This document shows, in pieces, positions 1 through 8,877 of a stretch of DNA of 64,000 nucleotides. The stretch lies in the NCBI RefSeq assembly GCF_965279025.1, contig NZ_OZ257132.1, positions 1,993,318 through 2,057,317 on the forward strand, given 5' to 3'. Position 1 is the first letter of the stretch. Each line of letters starts with the position of its first letter. A model generated the notes under the pieces. The model did no database searches. It saw only the letters and a list, made by a program, of their open reading frames with translations, and was not told where the DNA came from. Both the position numbers and the translations under genes were made by a program. The DNA comes from Ancylobacter sp. (lineage in GTDB: Bacteria; Pseudomonadota; Alphaproteobacteria; Rhizobiales; Xanthobacteraceae).

Positions 1-725
1 TGGCGGTCGCCACCATCGCGGTGGAAGCTGGCTACATCACCGCGCAGGAAGGCGAAACGCTGGTGCGGCTCGACACGCCGGCCGGCGTGGTGCCGGCGCG
101 GGTGAAGGTGGAGAACGGCCGCGCCGTCTCGGTCACGCTGGAGATGCCGCTCAGCTTCCTCTACCAGCGCGACGTGCGGGTGGAGACCAAGAGCTTCGGC
201 ACGGTGCGCGCCGACATCGCCTTCGGCGGCGATTTCTACCTCATCGTCAAGGGTTCCGACCTCGGCCTCGACCTCACCACCGACAATGCCTGGGCGCTGG
301 TGAGCGCCGCCGCCGAGCTGCGCGCCGGGCTGAAGGACATTCCCGTCCAGCACCCCACGCTCGCCCATGTCAACGAGATCTATCAGATCGAGATCGTCGG
401 CGAGGGCGACGGGGTGCGCTTCGACGGCAAGAACGTCGTGGTCTGCCCGCCCACCGTCATCGACCGTTCGCCCTGCGGCACCGGCACCGCCTCGCGCATG
501 GCGATGCTGCACGGCAAGGGCGAGCTGAAGGTCGGCGACACCTTCCGCCATGCCGGCATTCTCGACACCGTCTTCACCGGCGCGATCCATGGCGAAGACA
601 GGGTCGGCGAATTGCCGGCGATCCGCTGCACGGTGACCGGCTCGGCCTATCTCACCGGCAGCTTCAACTTCTTCCTCGACCCCAACGACCCGTTCCAGCA
701 GGGCTTCCGCCTCACGGGCGTCTGA
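1..725 (+). CDS. proline racemase / hydroxyproline epimerase superfamily protein, 5'-partial (continues off the left edge)
   Basis: The frame is open from nt 3. The C-terminal motif 'DRSPCGTGTASRMA' carries the second catalytic Cys of the family. It is a paralog of 3941..4936. Confidence 0.8.
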   Translation, partial: AVATIAVEAGYITAQEGETLVRLDTPAGVVPARVKVENGRAVSVTLEMPLSFLYQRDVRVETKSFGTVRADIAFGGDFYLIVKGSDLGLDLTTDNAWALVSAAAELRAGLKDIPVQHPTLAHVNEIYQIEIVGEGDGVRFDGKNVVVCPPTVIDRSPCGTGTASRMAMLHGKGELKVGDTFRHAGILDTVFTGAIHGEDRVGELPAIRCTVTGSAYLTGSFNFFLDPNDPFQQGFRLTGV

Positions 726-748
726 GGAACCGGGTTCAGGAGAGGCTC

Positions 749-2224
749 ATGTCCCACGATTTCGACCCGAATGGCGTCACCGCGATCACCGATCATCTGA
801 TCGGCGGGCGTCGCGTCGCCGGCGACGGCGCGGAGATCGCGCTCCTTCGTCCCTCGGACGGCGCGCCCATCGGCACCATCCGGGCGGCGGACGAGGCGCT
901 GGTGGACGAGGCGATGCGCAACGCCGCCGGGGCCCGCACCGCCTCCGGCTGGGCCAGCGCCACCGCGCTGGAACGGGCGGGCGTGCTCAAGGCGTGGGCC
1001 GACCTCATCGACGCGCGGCGCACCGAGCTGGGGCGGCTGGAAGCGGCGACGACGACCCGGCCGGTGGCCGACGTCATCACCCGCGACCTCGTCCGCGCGG
1101 CGGGCGCGGTGCGCTATTTCGCCGAATGGGCCGACAAGATCGAGGGCACGCTGATCGCCGGTGCGAACAGCGGCACCACCTTCCTGAAGCCCGAGCCCTA
1201 CGGCGTCATCGCTTCCATCGCGCCGTTCAACTTCCCGGCCATCAACGCCATCTGGAAGTCCGCCCCGGCGCTCGTCACCGGCAATGCGGTGGTGCTGAAG
1301 CCATCCGAGCTCACCCCGTCCTCGGCGGTGAGGATCGCCGAGCTGGCTATCGAGGCCGGCCTGCCCGCCGGCCTGTTCAACGTGGTGCAGGGCGCGGGCG
1401 CCACCGGCTCGGCGCTGGTGCGGCATCCGCTGACGGGCAAGATCACCTTCACCGGCTCTTCCGCCACCGGCGCGCGGGTGATGGCCGATGCGGCGATGAC
1501 CGGCACCAAGCCGCTGACGCTGGAACTCGGCGGCAAGACGCCCCAGCTGGTGATGGACGACGCGCATGATCTCGACGCGCTGGCCGCCACCATCGCCGGC
1601 GGGTTCCTCGCCAATGCCGGACAGGTCTGCACCGCCGGCACGCGGCTGATCGCGCCGCGCCGCCTGCTGGACGAACTGACGGCGAAGATCATCGGCATCG
1701 CGCAGGCGCGGGTGGCCGGCGCCACCTGGGATACGCGGGCGAGCCTTCCGCCCATCATCAGCGAGAAGCAGGCGGCGCGCATCGACGCCATGCTCGCCGA
1801 AACCGTGGCCAATGGCGCCACCATCCTCACCGGCGGCCGGCGCTGCGCCAACATGAACGCCGGTGCCTATGTCGAGCCCACCGTGCTGGCCGGCGTGCCG
1901 GATACATCGGTGGGTTTCCGCGAGGAATTCTTCGGTCCCGTCCTGTCCGTCTACGCCTATGACGACGAGGACGAAGCGCTGGCCATGGCCAGCCACCCCA
2001 GCTACGCGCTGGCCGCCAGCCTCTACACCACCAGCGCCGCCAAGGCGCTCGCCCTGCCGGCGCGTCTCAATGCCGGCACGGTGTGGGTCAACGGCCATGG
2101 CCGCCAGCCCGATTTCGCCACCCCGCAGGGCGGCTTTTCCGGCTCCGGCTTCGGCAAGGAGATGGGGCGCGCGGGGCTTGAAGGCTTCCTGCGCTTCAAG
2201 ACCGTCTGGCTCAATCACGGCTGA
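749..2224 (+). CDS. NAD(P)-dependent aldehyde dehydrogenase
   Basis: 491 aa with ALDH hallmarks 'FTGSSATGARV', 'LELGGKTPQLV', 'QVCTAGTR' and 'EEFFGPVL'. An AGGAGAGG Shine-Dalgarno sequence precedes the ATG. Confidence 0.9.
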   Translation: MSHDFDPNGVTAITDHLIGGRRVAGDGAEIALLRPSDGAPIGTIRAADEALVDEAMRNAAGARTASGWASATALERAGVLKAWADLIDARRTELGRLEAATTTRPVADVITRDLVRAAGAVRYFAEWADKIEGTLIAGANSGTTFLKPEPYGVIASIAPFNFPAINAIWKSAPALVTGNAVVLKPSELTPSSAVRIAELAIEAGLPAGLFNVVQGAGATGSALVRHPLTGKITFTGSSATGARVMADAAMTGTKPLTLELGGKTPQLVMDDAHDLDALAATIAGGFLANAGQVCTAGTRLIAPRRLLDELTAKIIGIAQARVAGATWDTRASLPPIISEKQAARIDAMLAETVANGATILTGGRRCANMNAGAYVEPTVLAGVPDTSVGFREEFFGPVLSVYAYDDEDEALAMASHPSYALAASLYTTSAAKALALPARLNAGTVWVNGHGRQPDFATPQGGFSGSGFGKEMGRAGLEGFLRFKTVWLNHG

Positions 2225-2228
2225 GAAC

Positions 2229-3926
2229 ATGTCCGAACACGCATATGACTACATCGTCGTCGGCGGCGGCGCGGCGGGTGCCGTCCTCGCCAGCCGGCTG
2301 TCGGAAGCCTCGAACCTGAAGGTCGCGCTGGTCGAGGCCGGGCCGGACACGCCCCCCGGCGCCGAGCCCGCCGACACGCTCGATGCCTACCCGATCGTCG
2401 CCTATTTCAACCGGCTCTATCACTGGCAGAACCTCGCCATTCATCTGCGGGACCCCAAGCCGGGGGCCGAAGGCCGGCGCTACGAGCAGGCGCGGGTGAT
2501 GGGCGGCGGCACCTCCATCAACGGCCAGTTCGCCTTTCGCGGCGTGCCCTGGGACTATGACCACTGGCGGGAAGCCGGCGCCGAGGGCTGGGGCTGGGAC
2601 GATGTGCTGCCCTATTTCCGCAAGCTGGAGACCGATCTCGATTTCGGCGACAGCCAGATGCATGGCAGCCACGGCGCCCTGCCGCTGCGCCGCATTCCCG
2701 AGAGCGACTGGTCGCCCTTCGCGAAGACCGTCGCGGGCGTGTTCGACAAGCAGGGCATCCGCAATATCGGCGATCATAACGGCGTCTTCGACGACGGCTA
2801 TTTCCCGATGACCATCAACAATGTGAAGGGCGAGCGCGTCTCCACCGCCCGCGCCTATCTCACCCGCGAGGTGCGGGCGCGGCCAAACCTGACCATTCTC
2901 GCCGATACCGAGATGAAGGATCTGCTGTTCGAGGGGCGCCGCGTCACCGGGCTCACCGCCGTCGGCCCGCAGGGGCCGCTGACGCTGAGCGCGCGCGAGG
3001 TCATCCTCTCCACCGGCGCGCTGCAGACCCCGGCGTACCTCATGCGCGCCGGCATCGGCGATGCCGCGCATCTGGGCGAGCACGGCATCGCGGTGCGCGC
3101 CGACCGGCCCGGCGTCGGGCAGAACCTGCAGGACCACCCGATGGTGGCCTTCGCGGCCTATCTGCCGAAATCCGCCCGCCTGCCCGCGACCCAGCGCCGC
3201 CATATCCAGATCGGCTACCGCTACACGTCCGGCCTGCCGGAGACGACGCCGGGCGACATGTTCGTGCTGCCCTCCAACCGCGCAGCCTGGCACCCGCTGG
3301 GGCGGCGGCTCGCCTCGATCCTGGTCTGCGTGAACCGGCCCTATTCGACCGGCGAGGTGCGGCTGCGCGGACGCGACGCGGCGACCGCGCCCTTCGTCAA
3401 TTTCCGCCAGCTTTCCGACGAGCGCGACCTGAAGCGGCTGGAGGACGGCATGCACCGCCTGTGGGGCATCGTGTCCGATCCCGCCATGGACGGGGTGATC
3501 GACAATGTCTTCCCCGCCACCTTCTCCGAGCGGGTGCGCAAGCTCGGCGCGGTGAACCGCAAGAACTGGTTCATGACGCTGATGGCGGCGGGAATCATGG
3601 GCACCGGCCCGCTCTCCCGCCGGCTGATGATCGAGAACATCATCACGCCCGGCCTCAAGGCGCGCGAGATGATGGGCGACCCGCAGGCGCTGCGCGACTG
3701 GATCATGGAAAACGCCTGCGGCAGCTGGCACGCGTCCGGCACCTGCCGGATCGGCCGCCCGGACGATCGCCGCGCCGTGGTCGACAGCGCCGCACGGGTC
3801 ATCGGTGTCGAGGGCCTGCGCGTGGTCGACGCCTCGATCATGCCGGCGGTGATCAGCGCCAACACCATGCTGACCACCATCATGGCCGGCGAGAAGATCG
3901 CCGACGCCATCAAATCCGGCCGCTAG
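2229..3926 (+). CDS. GMC-family FAD oxidoreductase (choline-dehydrogenase-like)
   Basis: N-terminal Rossmann motif 'YDYIVVGGGAAGAVLASRLSE' and C-terminal 'WHASGTCRIG...VVDASIMP'. The real start is the internal ATG at 2229. The track ORF starting at 1863 overlaps the upstream ALDH gene. Confidence 0.9.
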   Translation: MSEHAYDYIVVGGGAAGAVLASRLSEASNLKVALVEAGPDTPPGAEPADTLDAYPIVAYFNRLYHWQNLAIHLRDPKPGAEGRRYEQARVMGGGTSINGQFAFRGVPWDYDHWREAGAEGWGWDDVLPYFRKLETDLDFGDSQMHGSHGALPLRRIPESDWSPFAKTVAGVFDKQGIRNIGDHNGVFDDGYFPMTINNVKGERVSTARAYLTREVRARPNLTILADTEMKDLLFEGRRVTGLTAVGPQGPLTLSAREVILSTGALQTPAYLMRAGIGDAAHLGEHGIAVRADRPGVGQNLQDHPMVAFAAYLPKSARLPATQRRHIQIGYRYTSGLPETTPGDMFVLPSNRAAWHPLGRRLASILVCVNRPYSTGEVRLRGRDAATAPFVNFRQLSDERDLKRLEDGMHRLWGIVSDPAMDGVIDNVFPATFSERVRKLGAVNRKNWFMTLMAAGIMGTGPLSRRLMIENIITPGLKAREMMGDPQALRDWIMENACGSWHASGTCRIGRPDDRRAVVDSAARVIGVEGLRVVDASIMPAVISANTMLTTIMAGEKIADAIKSGR

Positions 3927-3940
3927 GACAGGGGAACGAC

Positions 3941-4936
3941 ATGGCGATCCGGCGCTGGATCTCGACCATCGACAGCCACACGGCGGGACACCCGACCCGG
4001 GTGGTGACGGGCGGCGTGCCCGTCCTCCATGGCGACAGCGTCGCCGCGCGGCGCGACGATTTCCGCGCCCGTTTCGACCCGCTGCGGACCTTCCTGCTGC
4101 ACGAGCCGCGCGGCCATGCCGCGATGGTGGGCGTGGTGATGACGGAGAGCCGGGTCGCCGATTTCGGCGCCTTCTTCCTCGGCAGCTACAAATATCTGGA
4201 GATGTGCGGCCACGCGACCATCGGCCTCGCCGTCACGCTCGACCATATGGGCCTTATCGGCCCTTCCGACCAGCCGGAGAGCCGCTTCACGCTGGAAGTG
4301 CCGGCGGGGATCATCACCGTCAGCGTCACCCGCGTTGGTGGTGCCGTCGCCGCCGTCACCTTCGAGAACGTGCCCGCCCACGTGGCCGCCGCCGATGTGC
4401 CGCTGGCGGCAGGCGGGGTGAGCGTCTCGGCCGATGTGGTGTGGGGCGGAAATTGGTATGGCCTCATCGAGGCCGCCGCGGCCGGGGTGGAGCTGACGCC
4501 GAACGGTGTGTTGCACGCCATGGCGACCGGCGCCGCGCTGAAGGCCCGGCTCAACGCCCTGATCCGCGAGGGCGGCGTGGCGGGCGCTTCCGAGCCCATC
4601 GACTCGATCCTGTTTTATGAGACGCAGTTCGACGAAAAGGGCGTGGTCAGCCGCCAATTGGTGGTGCTGGAATCCAACAAGTTCGACCGCTCGCCCTGCG
4701 GCACCGGCTCCTCCGCCCGCCTCGCCCAATTGGTGGCGCGCGGCGTGATCGGCCTCGACCAGCCGATCCGCACCCGCAACATTCTCGGTGTCGACTTTTC
4801 CGCCACCGCCCGCGCCATCGAGGGGCGGGCCGGCGCCATCCAGCCGCACATCGTCGGCCTGGCTCACATCACCGGCGAGCATCGCTTCACACTCGCCGAC
4901 AGCGACCCCCTGCCGGACGGCTTTCTCTGCCGTTGA
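3941..4936 (+). CDS. proline racemase family enzyme with a Cys/Cys catalytic pair (4-hydroxyproline 2-epimerase or proline racemase type)
   Basis: 'IDSHTAGHPTRVV' at the N-terminus, first catalytic Cys in 'YLEMCGHATIG', second in 'DRSPCGTGSSARLA'. Start taken at the ATG at 3941, preceded by GGGGAA. Confidence 0.85.
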   Translation: MAIRRWISTIDSHTAGHPTRVVTGGVPVLHGDSVAARRDDFRARFDPLRTFLLHEPRGHAAMVGVVMTESRVADFGAFFLGSYKYLEMCGHATIGLAVTLDHMGLIGPSDQPESRFTLEVPAGIITVSVTRVGGAVAAVTFENVPAHVAAADVPLAAGGVSVSADVVWGGNWYGLIEAAAAGVELTPNGVLHAMATGAALKARLNALIREGGVAGASEPIDSILFYETQFDEKGVVSRQLVVLESNKFDRSPCGTGSSARLAQLVARGVIGLDQPIRTRNILGVDFSATARAIEGRAGAIQPHIVGLAHITGEHRFTLADSDPLPDGFLCR

Positions 4937-4979
4937 GGCCAACATTCGGCCCGCACTCCCCGGGCCCAGGAGACCATTG

Positions 4980-6434
4980 ATGACCGACCATTCCGCCTAT
5001 GACGAGACCATCGAGCTGCTGATCGACGGCGTCTGGTGCCAGGGCTCCGACGGCAGGAGCGAGGTGCTGGAGAACCCGGCTACCGGCGAGGCGCTCGGCA
5101 CCGTGCCGCACGCCTCCGACGCCGATCTCGCCCGCGCGCTTGAGGCCGCGCAGCGCGGCTTCAAGCTGTGGAAGGCAATGACCGCGCAGGCGCGCTACAC
5201 GCTGATGATGAAGGCGGCGGACCTCATCGAGGTGCGCAAGGAGCGCATCGGCCGCCTCCTGACACTGGAGAACGGCAAGCCGTTGGGCGAAGCGGTGCCG
5301 GAAGTGCAGTTCGCCGCCGATGCCACCCGCTGGTATGCCGAGGAGGGCAAGCGCGCCTATGGCCGGATCGTGCCGGCCCGCATGGCCAATGTCCGCCAGA
5401 TGGTGCTCAAGGAGCCCGTGGGTCCCGTCGTCGCCTTCGCCGCCTGGAACTTCCCGTCCTCCAACGTCATCCGCAAGATCGCCGGCGCGCTCGGCGCAGG
5501 CTGCTCGATCATCATCAAGCCGGCGGAAGAGACGCCCGGCACGGCGGTGGCCATCGCCCGCTGCTTCCAGGAGGCCGGGCTGCCGGCGGGCGTGCTCAAT
5601 GTCGTGTTCGGCGAGCCCGCCCATGTGAGCAAGGTGCTGATTTCCTCGCCGATCCCGAAGGCGGTGACGCTCACCGGTTCCACGGCGGTGGGCAAGCAGT
5701 TGCAGCGGCTGGCGTCCGACACGCTGAAGCGCTGCACCATGGAACTGGGCGGCCATGCCCCGGTGATCGTGCATGGCGATGCCGATCTCGATCTCGCGGC
5801 CCGCACGCTGGTGGCGTTCAAGTTCCGCAATGCCGGGCAGGTCTGCACCTCGCCGACGCGGTTCTTCGTGCATGAGCAGCTCTACCAGCCTTTCGTCGAG
5901 CGCTTCGTGGAGCTGGCGTCGGTGCTGAAGGTCGGCAACGGCCTCGATGCCGGCACACAGATGGGCCCGATGATCGCCCGCCGCCGCCTCGCCGTCATGG
6001 AAGAACTGGTGAACGACGCCGTCGCCAAGGGCGCCGAGCTGAAGCTGGGCGGACGGCGCATCGGCAATCACGGCCATTTCTTCGCGCCGACCGTGCTGGC
6101 CGACGTGCCGGCCGATGCGGCCATCATGTCGACCGAGCCGTTCGGCCCCATCGCGCCGATCACCTCGTTCGCCGGCTTCGACGAGGTGATCGAGCGGGCG
6201 AACGCCCTGCCTTACGGCCTCGCCTCCTTCGTCTTCACCCGCTCGGGCGCGCTGGCGGCCCGCACCGAGGAAGCGCTCGATGCCGGCCTCGTCGGCGTCA
6301 ACCACATGGCGGTGTCGACGCCGGAGACGCCCTTCGGCGGCGTCAACGAATCCGGCTACGGCTCGGAGAGCGGCATCGAGGGGCTGGACGCCTTCCTGCG
6401 CACCAAGTTCGTCAGCGAACTGGCGGCGCTCTGA
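4980..6434 (+). CDS. aldehyde dehydrogenase (alpha-ketoglutarate-semialdehyde / succinate-semialdehyde dehydrogenase-like)
   Basis: 'LTGSTAVGKQ', 'MELGGHAPVIV', 'QVCTSPTRF' and 'EPFGPIAPI'. Start at ATG 4980, preceded by AGGAGA. The context is hydroxyproline-type catabolism. Confidence 0.85.
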   Translation: MTDHSAYDETIELLIDGVWCQGSDGRSEVLENPATGEALGTVPHASDADLARALEAAQRGFKLWKAMTAQARYTLMMKAADLIEVRKERIGRLLTLENGKPLGEAVPEVQFAADATRWYAEEGKRAYGRIVPARMANVRQMVLKEPVGPVVAFAAWNFPSSNVIRKIAGALGAGCSIIIKPAEETPGTAVAIARCFQEAGLPAGVLNVVFGEPAHVSKVLISSPIPKAVTLTGSTAVGKQLQRLASDTLKRCTMELGGHAPVIVHGDADLDLAARTLVAFKFRNAGQVCTSPTRFFVHEQLYQPFVERFVELASVLKVGNGLDAGTQMGPMIARRRLAVMEELVNDAVAKGAELKLGGRRIGNHGHFFAPTVLADVPADAAIMSTEPFGPIAPITSFAGFDEVIERANALPYGLASFVFTRSGALAARTEEALDAGLVGVNHMAVSTPETPFGGVNESGYGSESGIEGLDAFLRTKFVSELAAL

Positions 6435-6477
6435 CGTCCCCGGCGGACCCGCGCGGCGGCGGATCACCGCAAGGCTG

Positions 6478-7317
6478 CTAACGGGGCGTGTCGAAGTCGG
6501 TCGCGATGGAGATGTCGCGCCAGGCGGCGATGTCGGCCCGGAAGGCGTCCAGCTTGTGCTCCGCTATCGCGTGGGCGCGCGGCCCGATGGGAAGGTGCAG
6601 CGGCGGGTTGTCGGCATCGACGGCCTGCAGCATGACGGCGACGGCTTTCGCCGGGTCGCCGGCCTGCCGGCCGTCATTGGTCTGGCGGTAGCGACGTCGC
6701 GCCGGCACCGTCTCGGCATAGGCGGCGATCTCGCGCGCCGCGGCGTTCATCGAGCGGCCGAGGAACGCGGTGCGGAAGGGGCCGGGCTCGACGATGATCA
6801 CGCGCACGCCGAGCGGACGCAGTTCGTCGGCGAGCGCTTCGGACAGGCCCTCCACCGCGAACTTGCTCGCATTGTAGAAGCCGAAACCCGCCGAACCGGC
6901 GATGCCGGCGCCGGAGGACAGGTTGACGATGCGGGCTCCGCCGCGCTTGCGCAGTGCCGGCAGGGCGGCCCGCGTCGTCTCGATCAGGCCGAAGAGATTC
7001 ACCTCGAACATCGGCCGATATTCGGCGGGCTCGCCCTCCTCGATCGCGCCGATGAAACCGAAGCCGGCATTATTGACCAGGACGTCCAGGCCCCCGAACG
7101 CGCTTTCGGCCAACGCGACCGCCCTCGCGGCGGCACCGGGCACGGTGACGTCGAGCGCGAGGCTGCGCACCGTGTCGGGATAGCGCGCGCACAGCTGCTG
7201 CAGCGCATCTGTCGAACGCGCCGTGGCGACGAGGCGGTCGCCGCGTGCGGCCACGGCCTCGGCAAGCTGCTCGCCCAATCCGGACGAGCATCCGGTAATC
7301 AGCCAGGTTTTCATCAT
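6478..7317 (-). CDS. SDR-family oxidoreductase
   Basis: 'MKTWLITGCSSGLGEQLA' (TGxxxGxG), 'NNAG' and 'YNASKFAVEG' (YxxxK). Tandem ATGs at 7317/7314 follow GAAGGAG, and the longer track ORF is an upstream extension. Confidence 0.85.
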   Translation of the reverse strand: MMKTWLITGCSSGLGEQLAEAVAARGDRLVATARSTDALQQLCARYPDTVRSLALDVTVPGAAARAVALAESAFGGLDVLVNNAGFGFIGAIEEGEPAEYRPMFEVNLFGLIETTRAALPALRKRGGARIVNLSSGAGIAGSAGFGFYNASKFAVEGLSEALADELRPLGVRVIIVEPGPFRTAFLGRSMNAAAREIAAYAETVPARRRYRQTNDGRQAGDPAKAVAVMLQAVDADNPPLHLPIGPRAHAIAEHKLDAFRADIAAWRDISIATDFDTPR

Positions 7318-7670
7318 ATTCTCCTTCATCGGAATGGCGCGCGGCGGAAGCCGACGCAAACAACGGCCGGCGCGCGCGCCGGCTATGGGGATGAGGCGAA
7401 TGTAGGCGTTTGGATTTGTTCGGTAACTGACAGTACCGTACGATCTCCGTTCATTTCTGTCAGGGGCGACCATAGCCGTGCCGGCACGCTGGGCGCCGCC
7501 TTCGGGCGCTCGAACAGGTCACCGCCATGCGCTTTTCAGAGAACGGCCGACGGTTTCATTCTGACGGATGATGGCCATGCCATCATCGCTCTGGCGGAGC
7601 AGAGAGGGCGCGCTGGCTCTGACAGATCACGGTGCGTTCCCGGCGCTGTAGCTGCAGCGGCGCCTCGCCG

Positions 7671-8723
7671 CTAGCGCTCGGCGGCGGCCGTGCGGATCAG
7701 CGAATCCAGCATCCGCTTGCGCTTGGCCTCGTAGTAATAACCCTTGGCATAGAGCGTCACCGCCCGCTTCTCGTCCCGCCCGGCGACGCGATAGGCATTG
7801 GCGAGATAGGCGACCGCGTAGGTCATGTTGGTGTCGGCGTCGAGCAGATCCGTCGGCGAGCCGCGGAAGCCGAGGCCGCGCGCCGTGTCGACGCGGATCT
7901 GCATCAATCCCCAATAGGGCCCGTGGCGCTGCCTCGGGTCGAACTTGCTCTCCCGCCAGGCCACGCGGCGGACAAGCGTCGCGGGCACATCGAAGCGTTC
8001 CGCGTGGCGCTGGATCAGCGCCTCGATATGCGCAGGTGCCCGCTCGGCCGTCGGCCGGCTGCTGGCGGGCTCGGGGCTGTTATCGATGGGCGCCGCAGCG
8101 TCCTCCTGCGGGGTGTCGGCCTCGATGTCGGCAACGATGTCGGGCACCGCTGCCACGAGGTCCGGCTGGGGCTCCGGCGCGGCCATGGCCAGAGCCGTGG
8201 CGGGTGCCGTCTCCGAAAGGCGCGGCGGCGGCAGCGGCGCCACCGCCGGCATGACCGTGCTGCGGATCTCCGCAAGACGTTTCGGCGGCAGGGGAACGGG
8301 AGACGGCACATCGGAAGGCGCGGCGGCAGCAGCGGAGGCGGCGGCGGATCTCCGCGCCGGCAGCGCGATCGTGGTCACCCGATGCGACGTCTCGATCCGA
8401 GTCGCCACCTCGCCTTTCACCACCAGCCACCCGCCGGGCGGCGCGTCATGCGGCACGGTCACCCAGCTGGCATAGGAGGGAGCGACCAGATCCGCCCGCG
8501 CATGGGGGAGGGGCGTGAGAAGCACGGCACGAATGGTCTTGTCGGCTGGCCGCGCGACAGGCTGGGCCGGCGTCGTGGCAGACCCGTTCGACGACCGGGT
8601 CGAGGCCGGCGCCACGGGCTGCGGGGCAGAGGCCGCCCATGCCGGCGATGCGCCCGGCAGGGCGCCAAAAACCACGGCGCCCACCAGCGCCGGCAGCGCG
8701 CCCGCGCGTAGCCTTCGGTTCAT
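7671..8723 (-). CDS. exported lytic transglycosylase (SLT domain) with a Pro/Ala-rich linker
   Basis: Signal-like 'MNRRLRAGALPALVGAVVFGALPGASPAWA'. The C-terminal SLT core is 'WRESKFDPRQRHGPYWGLMQI...YAVAYLANAY'. The start codon choice is uncertain. Confidence 0.75.
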   Translation of the reverse strand: MNRRLRAGALPALVGAVVFGALPGASPAWAASAPQPVAPASTRSSNGSATTPAQPVARPADKTIRAVLLTPLPHARADLVAPSYASWVTVPHDAPPGGWLVVKGEVATRIETSHRVTTIALPARRSAAASAAAAAPSDVPSPVPLPPKRLAEIRSTVMPAVAPLPPPRLSETAPATALAMAAPEPQPDLVAAVPDIVADIEADTPQEDAAAPIDNSPEPASSRPTAERAPAHIEALIQRHAERFDVPATLVRRVAWRESKFDPRQRHGPYWGLMQIRVDTARGLGFRGSPTDLLDADTNMTYAVAYLANAYRVAGRDEKRAVTLYAKGYYYEAKRKRMLDSLIRTAAAER

Positions 8724-8877
8724 TCGTTGCTGTGCCGCTCGCGATCTCACGCCGCTGCGTAGCACAATTAACCAAGGTCGAAAACGCCGCTCTCGCCGCG
8801 TCGCCCTGCGCGGGCTGGCTACCGCCCGGAGCATGTGCCCGGCACCCGCCTACAGGCGGCGGCCCGCAGCGTCCGGC

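Noticed and set aside
647-2230. A 527-aa antisense ORF. Many similar long ORFs lie opposite real genes: 2211..3731, 3923..4945, 4887..6467, 6280..7674, 8515..10383, 8921..10939, 11612..12811, 13813..14895, 15832..17685, 18065..19786, 23860..25158, 34910..37081, 40696..42021, 48378..49865, 49586..51211, 51392..53107, 53292..56825, 57734..59272, 60379..62250 and 62692..63864.
   Set aside because: These are typical high-GC shadow ORFs. Their translations are dominated by Arg/Gly/Ala/Pro/His runs with no recognisable motifs, and each lies opposite a gene with clear family signatures.
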